Origin: an uncultured Alphaproteobacteria bacterium
Lineage (GTDB): Bacteria > Pseudomonadota > Alphaproteobacteria > Rhodobacterales > Rhodobacteraceae
Direction of reading: 5' to 3'
DNA length: 64,000 nt
Assembly: GCA_963847795.1 (NCBI GenBank)
Contig: CAWKBH010000006.1
Span: forward strand, 401,559 to 465,558
Part shown: in pieces, positions 22,890-32,857 of the stretch
Layout: every line of letters begins with the position of its first letter
Position numbering within the stretch: position 1 is the stretch's first letter
Translations under genes and position numbers: made by a program
Notes under the pieces: generated by a model
The model's input: the letters and a program-made list of their open reading frames with translations, nothing else
Told to the model about the DNA's origin: nothing
Database searches by the model: none

Positions 22890-23894
22890 ATGCTGACCGC
22901 GCAGCGCCCGTCTTCGATCGTCGCCACCGTCGACTTCGCGCGCGACGGGGTGCAGCACGGCTTTCTGCGCCTGCCCTACAGCCGCGACGATTCCGCGTGG
23001 GGGTCGGTGATGATCCCGATCACGGTGATCCGCAACGGTGCGGGCGCGACGGCGCTCCTGACCGGCGGCAACCACGGCGACGAGTACGAGGGGCCGCTGG
23101 CGCTGTTCGACCTGGCGCGCACGCTGGAGCCGGCGACGGTCAGCGGCACCGTCATCATCGTGCCGGCGATGAACTATCCGGCGTTCCGCGCCGGCACCCG
23201 CACCTCGCCGATCGACCGCGGCAACCTCAACCGCAGCTTCCCGGGCCGGCCCGACGGGACGGTCACCGAGAAGATCGCCGACTATTTCCTGCGCACGCTG
23301 CTGCCGCTGGCCGACGTGGTGCTCGACTTCCACTCCGGCGGCCGGACGCTCGACTTCATCCCGTTCTGCGCCGCCCACGTCCTGCCCGCCAAGGAGCAGG
23401 AGGCCAAGGGCTTCGCCGCCGTCGAAGCCTTCGCGGCCCCCTGGTCGGTGCGGATGCTGGAGATCGACGCGGTCGGCATGTACGACACCGCCGCCGAGGA
23501 AATGGGCAAGATCTTCGTGACCACCGAACTCGGCGGCGGCGGCACCTCGCGCGCCGCGACGGTGCGGGTGGCGCGGCACGGCACCATGAACCTGCTGCGC
23601 CACGCCGGGATCGTGGCCGGCGAGGTCGACGCCGGGCCGACGCGCTGGCTCGACATGCCGTCGGGCGAGTGTTTCGCCTTCGCCGAGGACGACGGCCTGA
23701 TCGAGACCATGGTCGACCTGGGGGAGCCCATCGCGAAGGGCGCGGTGGTCGCACGCATCCACGCGGTCGGGCGCACCGGCGCCGCGCCCCGCGAGATCCT
23801 CGCCGGGCTGACCGGCGTCCTGGCAGCGCGGCATTTCCCGGGCCTGGTCAAGGCCGGCGATTGCGCCGCGGTCGTGGCGGTGCCGCTTGACTAG
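22890..23894 (+). CDS. doeB: N-alpha-acetyl-diaminobutyrate deacetylase
   Basis: SRDDSAWG, GGNHGDEYEG, NLNRSFPG, DFHSGG, TTELGGGG (EutE/DoeB). Confidence 0.95.
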   Translation: MLTAQRPSSIVATVDFARDGVQHGFLRLPYSRDDSAWGSVMIPITVIRNGAGATALLTGGNHGDEYEGPLALFDLARTLEPATVSGTVIIVPAMNYPAFRAGTRTSPIDRGNLNRSFPGRPDGTVTEKIADYFLRTLLPLADVVLDFHSGGRTLDFIPFCAAHVLPAKEQEAKGFAAVEAFAAPWSVRMLEIDAVGMYDTAAEEMGKIFVTTELGGGGTSRAATVRVARHGTMNLLRHAGIVAGEVDAGPTRWLDMPSGECFAFAEDDGLIETMVDLGEPIAKGAVVARIHAVGRTGAAPREILAGLTGVLAARHFPGLVKAGDCAAVVAVPLD

Positions 23895-23908
23895 ACGCGC
23901 CACTCGCC

Positions 23909-24892
23909 GTGTCGCTGGCCGACATCCTGGCGGCGCGGCGCACGATCGCCGGCCTGGCGGTGCGCACGCCGCTGCTGCCGTCGGGGGCGGCGGACCTGCT
24001 CCTGAAGCTCGAAAGCCTGCAGCCGGTCGGCGCGTTCAAGCTGCGCGGCGCGGTCAACGCCGTCTTCGGCTTGCCGCCGGACGCGGCGGGGGTCACCTGC
24101 TGCTCCACCGGCAACCACGGCCGCGGCGTCGCCTTCGCCGCCCGGGCGCGCGGGCTGCGCGCCGTGGTCTGCATGTCGCCCCTGGTCCCGCGGGCAAAGG
24201 TCGAGGGCATCCGGGCGCTGGGCGCCGAGATCCGCATCGTCGGCCGAAGCCAGGACGACGCGCTGGCCGAAAGCCGCCGGCTGGCGGCGGAGGAGGGGCT
24301 GCACGAGATCTCGCCCTTCGACGACGCCCGGGTCATCGCCGGCCAGGGAACGGCCGGCCTGGAGATGATGGAGGACCGGCCCGACATCGCGACGGTGCTG
24401 GTGCCGCTTTCCGGCGGAGGGCTGGCGGCCGGGGTGGCGCGGGCGGTGAAGGCGATCAATCCGGCCGTGCGGGTGATCGGCGTCTCGATGGACCGCGGCG
24501 CGGCGATGCACGCCGCGCTCCGGGCCGGGCATCCGGTCGAGATCGAGGAGGTGGCGAGCCTGGCCGATTCGCTCGGCGGGGGCCTCGGGCCGGACAACCG
24601 CCTCAGCTTCGCCATGTGCCGGGACCTGCTGGACGACGTGGTGCTGGTGACGGAGGCGGAGATCTACCGCGCCATGCAGGCGCTCTACTTCGAGGACCGG
24701 ATCGTCGCCGAGGGCGCCGCGGCCGTCGGGCTCGCGGCGCTGCAGTCGGGCAGGCTGACCGGCTTGGCCGGGCCGATCGCCACGATCGTCACCGGGCGCA
24801 ACGTCGACATGGAGGTCTTCACCAGGGTGGTGACAGGCCGGGAGGTGGTGCTGGGCGATCTGGTGGTGGAGGGCGAGGCCTATGCCGCATGA
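23909..24892 (+). CDS. eutB: Hydroxyectoine utilization dehydratase (PLP)
   Basis: KLESLQPVGAFKLRGA, STGNHGRG, LSGGGL, SLADSLGGG. Confidence 0.9.
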   Translation: MSLADILAARRTIAGLAVRTPLLPSGAADLLLKLESLQPVGAFKLRGAVNAVFGLPPDAAGVTCCSTGNHGRGVAFAARARGLRAVVCMSPLVPRAKVEGIRALGAEIRIVGRSQDDALAESRRLAAEEGLHEISPFDDARVIAGQGTAGLEMMEDRPDIATVLVPLSGGGLAAGVARAVKAINPAVRVIGVSMDRGAAMHAALRAGHPVEIEEVASLADSLGGGLGPDNRLSFAMCRDLLDDVVLVTEAEIYRAMQALYFEDRIVAEGAAAVGLAALQSGRLTGLAGPIATIVTGRNVDMEVFTRVVTGREVVLGDLVVEGEAYAA

Positions 24893-25876
24893 CATCCTGA
24901 TCGCGACCGAAGCGGAGCTGCGCCGCGCGGTGGCGCTCGACCTCGCCGCGGTCGACGCGGTGGAGCGGGCCTTTGCCGCGCTGGCCGCCGGCGGCGTGGT
25001 GATGCCGCCGGTGCTGTCGATGGCGATCCCGCAGGCGAACGGCGAGGTCGATGTCAAGACCGCCTATCTCCCCGGGTTCGAGGGTTTCGCGATCAAGGTC
25101 AGCCCGGGGTTCTTCGACAATCCCAAACTTGGCCTGCCGAGCCTGAACGGGCTGATGATCCTGTTCTCGGCCCGCACCGGCCTGGTCGAGGCCCTGTTCC
25201 TCGACAACGGCTACCTCACCGACGTGCGTACCGCCGCGGCCGGCGCGGTGGCGGCGCGGCACCTGGCGCCGGCAGAGGTCAGCACCGCCGGCGTGATGGG
25301 GACCGGGGTGCAGGCGCGGCTGCAGATGCAGGCGGCGCACCTGGTACGGCCGTTCCGGCGGGTGCTGGTCTGGGGCCGCGATCCGGCGAAGGCGGCGGCC
25401 TGCGCCGACAGATATCGCGGCGGCGCTCGGCATCGAGGCGCGGGCCGAGGCCGATCCGGCGCGGCTGGTGGCCGAGAGCCAGCTGGTGGTGACCACGACG
25501 CCGGCGCGATCGCCGATCCTGCGCGCGGCCTGGCTGCATCCGGGGCTGCATGTCACGGCGATGGGGTCGGACCAGGGCGAGAAGAACGAGATCGAGCCCC
25601 GGGCGCTGGCGGCGGCCGACGCCTACGTCTGCGACCGGGTCAGCCAGTGCGAGAAGCTCGGCGAGCTGCGCAGCGCCGTTGCGGCGGGCGCCTGGACCCG
25701 CGGCGCCCCTGCCCGAGCTCGGCGCCGTGGTGGCGGGCGAGGTGCGGGCGCGGCGCGGCGACGCGGACGTCACCATCTGCGACCTGACCGGCACCGGCGC
25801 GCAGGACACCGCCATCGCGACCCTGGCGCTGGCCGCCTGCCGCGCCGCCGGCGTCGGGTCGGTGCTGCGGACCTGA
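24882..25876 (+). CDS. eutC: Ectoine utilization cyclodeaminase-family protein; frameshifts near 25410 and 25710
   Basis: [52 protein letters not shown] in three frames. Confidence 0.88.
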
Positions 25877-25879
25877 TCC

Positions 25880-26368
25880 GTGCTCAAGCTCGACGACCGG
25901 GACCTGCAGATCCTCGCGGTGCTGGCGCGCGAGGGCCGGATTTCCAAGGCCGAGCTGGCGCGCCGGGTGAACCTGACGGCGACGCCGGCCTGGGAGCGGC
26001 TGAAGCGGCTCGAGGCCGCCGGGGCGATCCGCGGCTACCAGGCGGAGATCGCGCTGGGCAAGCTGGCGCCGCACGTGGAGATCTTCGTGACCGTGGAGCT
26101 CGAGAGCCATACCCCGGCGCATTTCCGCGCCTTCGAGGCGGCGGTCGAGCGCCAGGACGCCATCGTCGCCTGCTGGGCGCTGGGCGGCGGGGTCGACTAC
26201 CTGCTGCGCGTCATCGCGCGCGACATCGACAGCTACCAGCGGCTGATCGACGCGCTGCTCGCCGGCCACGCCGGGGTGGCCCGCTACTTCACCTACATCG
26301 TGACCAAGGCGGTCAAGGCGGGGCCGCCGCCGCTCGAGGAGCTGCTGGCCGGTCCAACCTCGACCTGA
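25880..26368 (+). CDS. Lrp/AsnC family regulator (DoeX-like)
   Basis: [38 protein letters not shown]. Confidence 0.9.
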   Translation: MLKLDDRDLQILAVLAREGRISKAELARRVNLTATPAWERLKRLEAAGAIRGYQAEIALGKLAPHVEIFVTVELESHTPAHFRAFEAAVERQDAIVACWALGGGVDYLLRVIARDIDSYQRLIDALLAGHAGVARYFTYIVTKAVKAGPPPLEELLAGPTST

Positions 26369-26472
26369 GGCGGCGAGAACAGGCGATTCGTCTGTCACCG
26401 GGGGTCAGAACGGAGGAAGCCTCTGCCGTCGCCGGGCTAAGTTCAGTCCAACCCAGACGATCGGAGCATGCC

Positions 26473-27958
26473 ATGACCCAAGCCGCCAGCCTGTCCAAGC
26501 CCACGGCCCCGGCCATCGCCGACGCCCGGCTCTGGAAGCAGTTCGCCTATGTCGGCGGGCGCTGGATCGCCGGGGACGGCGGGCGCAGCTTCGCGGTCAG
26601 CGATCCGGCGGACGGCTCGACGGTCGGGCGGGCGGCGCTGATGTCGGCGGCGCAGGGGACGCAGGCGGTCGATGCCGCCCAGACGGCGTTCGGACCCTGG
26701 GCCGACCTGCTGCCGCAGGAGCGCTCGGCGATCCTCAGGCGCTGGTTCGAGCTGATCGCCGGCGCCCGCGAGGACCTGGCGCGGATCATGACCCGCGAGC
26801 AGGGCAAGCCGCTTTCGGAGGCGCGCGGCGAGATCGACTATGCCGCGAGCTTCGTCGAGTTCTATGCCGAGGAGGCGCGGCGGCCGAACATCGAGAGCGT
26901 GACCTCGCACCTGCGCGACGCCGAGGTCGAGGTCTGGCGCGAGCCGGTGGGGGTGGCGGCGCTGATCACGCCATGGAACTTTCCCTGCGCGATGATCACC
27001 CGCAAGGCGGCGGCGGCGCTGGCGGCCGGCTGCACCGTCGTCGTGCACCCGTCGCACGAGACGCCGTTCTCGGCGCTGGCGCTGGCGGAGCTGGCCGAGC
27101 GGGCCGGGGTTCCGGCCGGGGTCTTCAACGTCGTCACCGGCGACGCCGCGACCATCGTGCCGGCCTGGACCGCCGACGCCCGGGTGCGGGCGCTGTCGTT
27201 CACCGGCTCGACCGAGATCGGGCGGCTGCTCTACCGGCAGTGTGCCGACACGGTAAAGCGGATCGTGCTGGAGCTCGGCGGCCACGCGCCGTTCGTGGTC
27301 TTTGCCGACGCGGACCTCGAGCAGGCGGTGGAGGAAGGGGTGAAGGCGAAGTTCGCCACCTCGGGCCAGGACTGCCTCGGCGCCAACCGCTTCCTGGTCG
27401 AGCGCCCGGTCTATGACGCGTTCTGCGAGCAGTTCGCGGCGCGGGCGGCGGCGCTGACGGTCGGGCCGGGGGTAGAGGATCGCGACCTCGGGCCACTGAT
27501 AAACGAGAAGGCGGTGGCCAAGCAGGAGGAGCACGTGGCGGACGCGCTGGCGCGCGGGGCGCGGCTGCTGGCCGGCGGCGCAGCGGCATCCGGCGGGACC
27601 GCTCTGCTTTCAGCCGACGGTGCTGGCGGACGTGCCCCCCGACGCGCTGATCATGCGCGAGGAGACCTTCGGGCCGGTGGCGGCGATCGCGGCCTTCGGC
27701 GCCGAGGACGAGGCTGTGGCGCGGGCGAACGCCACCGAATACGGGCTGGTCGCCTACCTCCACACCCAGGATCCGCGGCGGATCTACCGGCTCAGCCGGG
27801 CGCTGCAGTTCGGCATGGTCGCGGTGAACCGGACCAAGGTCACCGGCGCGCCAATTCCCTTCGGGGGCATGAAGCAGTCCGGGCTGGGGCGCGAGGGCGC
27901 GCGGCTCGGGATGGAGGCCTTCATGGATGTGAAATACGTCTGCCGCGACTGGGCCTGA
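26473..27958 (+). CDS. doeC: Semialdehyde dehydrogenase of ectoine catabolism; frameshift near 27590
   Basis: [47 protein letters not shown]. Confidence 0.85.
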
Positions 27959-27975
27959 CGCGAACGAAAGGATGC

Positions 27976-29349
27976 ATGATGCTCAAGAATGATCGGCTCG
28001 ACCAGTGGGACCGGGAGAACTTCTTCCACCCCTCGACCAACCTCGCCCAGCATGCGCGCGGCGAAAGCCCGAACCGGATCGTCACCGGCGGCTCGGGCGT
28101 CTTCATCGAGGACCGCGACGGCAACCGCCTGCTCGACGCCTTCGCCGGCCTCTACTGCGTCAACGTCGGCTACGGCCGCCCGGAAATCGCAGAGGCGATC
28201 GCGGCCCAGGCGCGTGAGCTGGCCTACTACCACGCCTATGTGGGACACGGCACCGAGACCTCGATCACGCTGGCGAAGATGATCCTCGACCGGGCGCCGA
28301 AGAACATGTCCAAGGTCTACTTCGGCCTCGGCGGCTCGGACGCCAACGAGACCAATGTCAAGCTGGTCTGGTACTACAACAACGTGCTCGGGCGGCGGGA
28401 GAAGAAGAAGATCATCTCGCGCTGGCGCGGCTATCACGGCTCGGGGCTGATGACCGGCTCGCTGACCGGGCTCGAGCTGTTCCACGCCAAGTTCGACCTG
28501 CCGCTCGACCGCGTCCTGCACACCGAGGCGCCCTACTTCTACCGCCGGCCTGACCTCGGGATGAGCGAGGCGGACTTCGTCGCCCATTGCGTCGCCGACC
28601 TGGAGGCGCTGATCGCGCGCGAGGGCGCCGACACCGTCGCCGCCTTCATCGGCGAGCCGGTGCTCGGGACCGGCGGCATCGTGCCGCCGCCGGAGGGCTA
28701 CTGGGCCGCGATCCAGGCGGTGCTGCGCAGGCACGACATCCTGCTGATCGCCGACGAGGTGGTGACCGGCTTCGGACGGCTGGGGACGATGTTCGGCTCG
28801 GACCACTACGGCATCGAGGCCGACATCATCACCATCGCCAAGGGGCTGACCTCGGCCTATGCGCCGCTGTCGGGCTCCATCGTCTCGGACAAGGTCTGGG
28901 CGGTGCTCGAGCAGGGCGCCGACGCGTTCGGGGCGATCGGCCACGGCTGGACCTATTCGGCCCACCCGATCGGCGCCGCGGCGGGCGTGGCCAACCTGAA
29001 GCTGATCGACGCACTCGGGCTGGTCGAGAATGCCGGCGCCACCGGGGCCTACTTCCGGGCAGCGATGGCCGATGCGCTGTCCGGTCACCGGCACGTCGGG
29101 GACGTGCGGGGCGAGGGGATGCTCTGCGCGGTGGAGTTCGTGAAGGACCGCGACGGCCGCCAATTCTTCGACCCGGCCGAGAAGGTCGGCCCGCGCGCGG
29201 CCGCCGCGCTGCTGAAGCGCGGGGTGATCGGCCGGGCAATGCCGCAGGGCGACATCCTCGGCTTCGCGCCGCCGCTCTGCCTCACCCGCGAGGAAGCCGA
29301 TCGGATCGTACAGGCGACCGCCGCGGCCGTAGCGGAGCTCTGGGGCTAG
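27976..29349 (+). CDS. doeD: Diaminobutyrate aminotransferase (class III)
   Basis: [42 protein letters not shown]. Confidence 0.9.
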   Translation: MMLKNDRLDQWDRENFFHPSTNLAQHARGESPNRIVTGGSGVFIEDRDGNRLLDAFAGLYCVNVGYGRPEIAEAIAAQARELAYYHAYVGHGTETSITLAKMILDRAPKNMSKVYFGLGGSDANETNVKLVWYYNNVLGRREKKKIISRWRGYHGSGLMTGSLTGLELFHAKFDLPLDRVLHTEAPYFYRRPDLGMSEADFVAHCVADLEALIAREGADTVAAFIGEPVLGTGGIVPPPEGYWAAIQAVLRRHDILLIADEVVTGFGRLGTMFGSDHYGIEADIITIAKGLTSAYAPLSGSIVSDKVWAVLEQGADAFGAIGHGWTYSAHPIGAAAGVANLKLIDALGLVENAGATGAYFRAAMADALSGHRHVGDVRGEGMLCAVEFVKDRDGRQFFDPAEKVGPRAAAALLKRGVIGRAMPQGDILGFAPPLCLTREEADRIVQATAAAVAELWG

Positions 29350-29680
29350 GGGCCGGCGGCCGGCTCGGCGCGTCAACGCTTCGCGACGGCGCCGAACCCC
29401 CTACGGTCAGGTGCGCGCTGCGGCGCTTGGCCGCGGGTCGGCCGTCTTCCGGGTCGGCGGCGCCGGGCTCGAGGCGTTCGCCCGGCAGGCGCTCCGCCTC
29501 ACCGGGCAGCAAGCGCTCCTGATTCTCGGGCAGGTTCTCGGGCCCGCCGCCAACCGCGGCTTCGGCCTCCGCCCAGTGCTGCTTGTCGCGCCCGTCCGGC
29601 CGGCCTTCGCTTTCCCATCGGGCATAGGCGAGCCGGGCAATTTCGTGGTCGGTCTTCGGGTCGCGTGATGTGTCGGTCAT
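29282..29680 (-). CDS. DUF2934-domain small protein; 3' end uncertain (overlaps doeD)
   Basis: [27 protein letters not shown]; GGAGG RBS before ATG at 29680. Confidence 0.75.
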   Translation of the reverse strand: MTDTSRDPKTDHEIARLAYARWESEGRPDGRDKQHWAEAEAAVGGGPENLPENQERLLPGEAERLPGERLEPGAADPEDGRPAAKRRSAHLTVGGSAPSRSVDAPSRPPAPSPRAPLRPRRSPVRSDRLPRG

Positions 29681-29714
29681 GGCTTGCGCCTCCACAGGTT
29701 TCGACTGACCGAAA

Positions 29715-29739
29715 AACGCGAAATCCCGGCGAAAGTTCG
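29715..29739 (-). promoter_or_regulatory. Candidate sigma-EcfG promoter of the DUF2934 gene
   Basis: CGAAC-N16-CGTT on the - strand, about 35 bp before the start. Confidence 0.5.
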
Positions 29740-29757
29740 CTCACGGCCGTGCCGTCA

Positions 29758-30510
29758 TCAGCGGATGATCGAAGTCGTGGCGTTCGCGCCAGTCTCCTGA
29801 GAACCATCGACCACACCGAAGCGGCGGCTGCGAAGGCGGTAAGCTCCCACGGCTTCGGCGAAATGGCCCGCTGTATAGTCGGGCCACGTCACGGCCGGAA
29901 ATGCGTACTCCGCATACACTCCCTGCCACAGCAGGAAGTTCGAAACCCGGAATTCGCCGGATGTGCGAATGATCAGATCCGGATCGGGCAGCCCGTGCGT
30001 ATCGAGAGCGGCCTCGAGCACGCCTTCCGAGATGGCCTCCGGAGCAAGGCTTCCGGCGGCCACGCGGCGCGACAGCGCGCAAACGGCGCGGGTCAGCTCG
30101 TCGCGGCCGCCGTAGTCGATGGCGATCGACAGGCGGAGACCGCCGCAGTCGCGGGTACGCGTCTCGAGTTCGTCCATCAGGCCCTGAAGCGACTCGGGAA
30201 CCCGCCCGCGCCTGCCGAGGAACCGCACACGGACGTCGCGGCGCACGAGGCTTGCCATCTTGCTCAGCGAGTAGAGCCGGAAGATCCCCATCAGCCCGTC
30301 GATCTCGGCAAGCGGCCGCCGCCAGTTTTCGGTGGAAAAGGCAAACAGCGTCAGGTGTGTGACCCCGAGCTCGGGGCATGCCCTGACGATCTCGGTCACC
30401 CGCGCCGCCCCTCGGGCATGGCCCGCGAGGCGGGCGATGCCCCGGGCCTCGGCCCATCGCCCGTTGCCGTCCATGATGATCGCGACATGGAGCGGCGTTT
30501 CGGCGTGCAT
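29758..30510 (-). CDS. uppS: cis-Polyprenyl (undecaprenyl) diphosphate synthase
   Basis: HVAIIMDGNGRWA, FAFSTENWRRP, YGGRDEL, PDPDLIIRTSGEFRVSNFLLWQ. Confidence 0.92.
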   Translation of the reverse strand: MHAETPLHVAIIMDGNGRWAEARGIARLAGHARGAARVTEIVRACPELGVTHLTLFAFSTENWRRPLAEIDGLMGIFRLYSLSKMASLVRRDVRVRFLGRRGRVPESLQGLMDELETRTRDCGGLRLSIAIDYGGRDELTRAVCALSRRVAAGSLAPEAISEGVLEAALDTHGLPDPDLIIRTSGEFRVSNFLLWQGVYAEYAFPAVTWPDYTAGHFAEAVGAYRLRSRRFGVVDGSQETGANATTSIIR

Positions 30511-30644
30511 CTCGGTTTCTGCCTGCGAAGCTGGGAACGAAGTCGGCAGCTGCGGCTCGTCTAGCCGGAGAAGCGCCGCGCCCACACGGACTCGACCTCC
30601 GCGCTGTCGCCGTCGCGGGCGCATCTCAGCGGTAGCAGTGCCGA

Positions 30645-30661
30645 CTTAGGCGCAACTTAGG
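30645..30661 (-). promoter_or_regulatory. OmpR-family (PmrA/QseB-type) direct-repeat box upstream of uppS
   Basis: CTTAGG-CGCAA-CTTAGG on the + strand. Confidence 0.55.
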
Positions 30662-31988
30662 GGCGGCCGCGGGACCCGCTCACCTGCCCGCGAAACGTCA
30701 GCGTCGCCACGAACCCGGGCTCGCCGACACGGTTGGCAAGGCTCAGGGCAACTTCGTGCCGATCGGCGATCGACCGCGCGATCGCGAGCCCGAGGCCGGT
30801 GCCCTCGACCGCGGCGTCGGGGCCGCGGAAGAAGCGCTCGGGGAGGCGCGGCAGGATGTCTTCCAGAACGCCGGGTCCGGTGTCGCTGACGACGACGGCC
30901 GGGCTGCCGGGGCTGCCCACCATGCCGACGTCGACCCTGCCGCCCGGCTGGGTGTAGCGCACGGCATTGTCGACAAGGATCTCGAGCAACGCCCGGAAAT
31001 CCGCGGCGCAGCCGGGCACGGTCACCGGGCTCCGTCCGGCGATGCCGAGATCGACGGAGCGGCTGTCGGCCAGCGGTATCAGGCCGGCGACGACGTCGGT
31101 AACCAGATCGTCGAGGCGAACTAGCTCGACCGCGGCGGGACCGTCGGCGGCGTCGTAGCGCGCGATCCGCAGCAGCTGGTTGGTCAGCGCCGCGGCCCGT
31201 TGCGCGCCGGCCTGAAGATCCTCGAGCCGCTCGGCGACCGCGGGGTCCGAGGTCGCGCCACGCAGGTTGCCGATCTGCAGCGTCAACGCGGTCAGCGGCG
31301 TCCGCAATTCGTGGGCCGCGTCCGACAGGAAGCTGCGCTGCCGCAGCATCTCCGACCGCAGGCGCTCCAGCAGGCCGTTCATCGCTCCCACCACCGGCAG
31401 CACCTCGCTCGGGACCTGCTCGACCGGGATCGGCGTCGTGTCCGCGGCGTTTCGGCCGGCGATGCCATCGGCCACCCGGACCAGACGGCCGAAGATTCGC
31501 GTCGCGAGGATCTCTAGGAGCAGCCAGGAGAGCGGAATGGCCACCAAAAGCGGCAGCGCAGCGCGGAACGAGGCCTCGGCGGCGAGCTCACGGCGCACCG
31601 CCGTCTGCTGTGCGACCTGCACCGTGCGCTCGGGCGTGACCAGCGAGAAGACCCGCCAGGTGCCGAAGGCATCGGTGAATTCGGAGAACCCGGTCTCGGG
31701 GGAATCGGGGATCGACACCCGTGGGTTGGAGGTGCGCATCGGCGCGCCGCCGGGGTAGACGACCTCGACGACGTAGTCGTCCTCGGGGTCGTGCGGCGGC
31801 AGCTCGGCAGTGCGGGGCGCCACGAAGGACAGATCGCCCACGTAGCGCGCGATCTGCTGCTGCTGCAGATCCAGAAACTCGCTCGCTTCGTGGCGGGCCG
31901 AAACATAGGCGGCGAAGGCCCCGACCAGGCCGATCGCGGTGAGGAGCAGGGCAACTGCCCGCACGGTGACGCGGCGCAGCGAGGTCAT
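30657..31988 (-). CDS. QseC/PmrB-like membrane sensor histidine kinase
   Basis: MTSLRR, two TM helices, FLSDAAHELRTPL, DNAVRYT, GTGLGLAI. Confidence 0.9.
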   Translation of the reverse strand: MTSLRRVTVRAVALLLTAIGLVGAFAAYVSARHEASEFLDLQQQQIARYVGDLSFVAPRTAELPPHDPEDDYVVEVVYPGGAPMRTSNPRVSIPDSPETGFSEFTDAFGTWRVFSLVTPERTVQVAQQTAVRRELAAEASFRAALPLLVAIPLSWLLLEILATRIFGRLVRVADGIAGRNAADTTPIPVEQVPSEVLPVVGAMNGLLERLRSEMLRQRSFLSDAAHELRTPLTALTLQIGNLRGATSDPAVAERLEDLQAGAQRAAALTNQLLRIARYDAADGPAAVELVRLDDLVTDVVAGLIPLADSRSVDLGIAGRSPVTVPGCAADFRALLEILVDNAVRYTQPGGRVDVGMVGSPGSPAVVVSDTGPGVLEDILPRLPERFFRGPDAAVEGTGLGLAIARSIADRHEVALSLANRVGEPGFVATLTFRGQVSGSRGRP

Positions 31989-32647
31989 TCGCCCTTCTGC
32001 ACCATCCAGCCGGCGCCGCGAACGTTGCGGATGATGTCCTTGTCGAACTTGCGCCGGACGTAGTGGATCAGCACTTCCACGGCATTGCTTTCCACCTCCT
32101 CGCCCCAGCCATAGAGGCTTTCCTCGATCTGGCCCCGCGACAGGATGCGCCCCGCCCGCTCCATGAGGGTCCGCAGCAGGGCGAACTCCCGCGCCGGCAG
32201 CACCTGGCTGGTGCCCCGGTAGCTGACGGCATGACTGTCGAGATCGAGGCTGATCTCGCCGGCGACGATCACCGAGGTCGCCTGCCCGGTGTGGCGGCGC
32301 AGCACCGCCCGGATCCGGGCCAGCAGCTCGCGCGGCTCGAACGGCTTGACCAGGAAATCGTCGGCGCCGAGATCGAGACCCCGGATCCGCGTCTCCAGGT
32401 CGTCGCGGGCGGTGATGATCATGATCGGCGCCTTGTCGCCGCGGCGGCGTGCCGCGTCGAGCACGGCGATGCCGTCCATGCCGGAGAGACCGAGATCGAG
32501 CAGGGTCAGGGCATGGCCGCCGACCGCCAGCGCCTCGTCCCCGGCGATGCCGTCACGGACCCAGTCGACGCTCATGCCGGCATCGGCGAGGGTGCGGACC
32601 AGCCCCTTGCCGATCATGGCGTCGTCCTCGATCAGCAGGATCCTCAT
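31985..32647 (-). CDS. QseB/PmrA-like OmpR-family response regulator
   Basis: MRILLIEDD, LLDLGL, GADDFLVKPF, EVESNAVEVLIHYVRRK, NVRGAGW. Confidence 0.92.
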   Translation of the reverse strand: MRILLIEDDAMIGKGLVRTLADAGMSVDWVRDGIAGDEALAVGGHALTLLDLGLSGMDGIAVLDAARRRGDKAPIMIITARDDLETRIRGLDLGADDFLVKPFEPRELLARIRAVLRRHTGQATSVIVAGEISLDLDSHAVSYRGTSQVLPAREFALLRTLMERAGRILSRGQIEESLYGWGEEVESNAVEVLIHYVRRKFDKDIIRNVRGAGWMVQKGE

Positions 32648-32840
32648 GTCAGTCGGCCAGCGCTCCAGATCGGGCCGGCGGCGCGCCGAAGTCCCGGTCG
32701 GTCGGACCTCCGGCCGTGCCTGCGGCCTCGCCTTCCTTGCAAGCATAGCGCCAGCCGGCGTCGGCGCGAAACCCGATCGTCCGAAGCCGTTCCTCGGTCG
32801 CCCGCAATTGCGGCCTGGCCACGAAAGTAGGTTGCCGAGA

Positions 32841-32857
32841 ATTAGGCGGGGCTTAGC
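32841..32857 (-). promoter_or_regulatory. Second direct-repeat box upstream of the response regulator
   Basis: ATTAGG-CGGGG-CTTAGC on the + strand; same spacing as 30645-30661. Confidence 0.45.

Noticed and set aside
25468-29349. 1293-aa ORF suggesting an EutC-aldehyde dehydrogenase-aminotransferase fusion
   Set aside because: Frameshifts plus stop-poor GC-rich frames; each part has its own start, and doeC has its own stop at 27958
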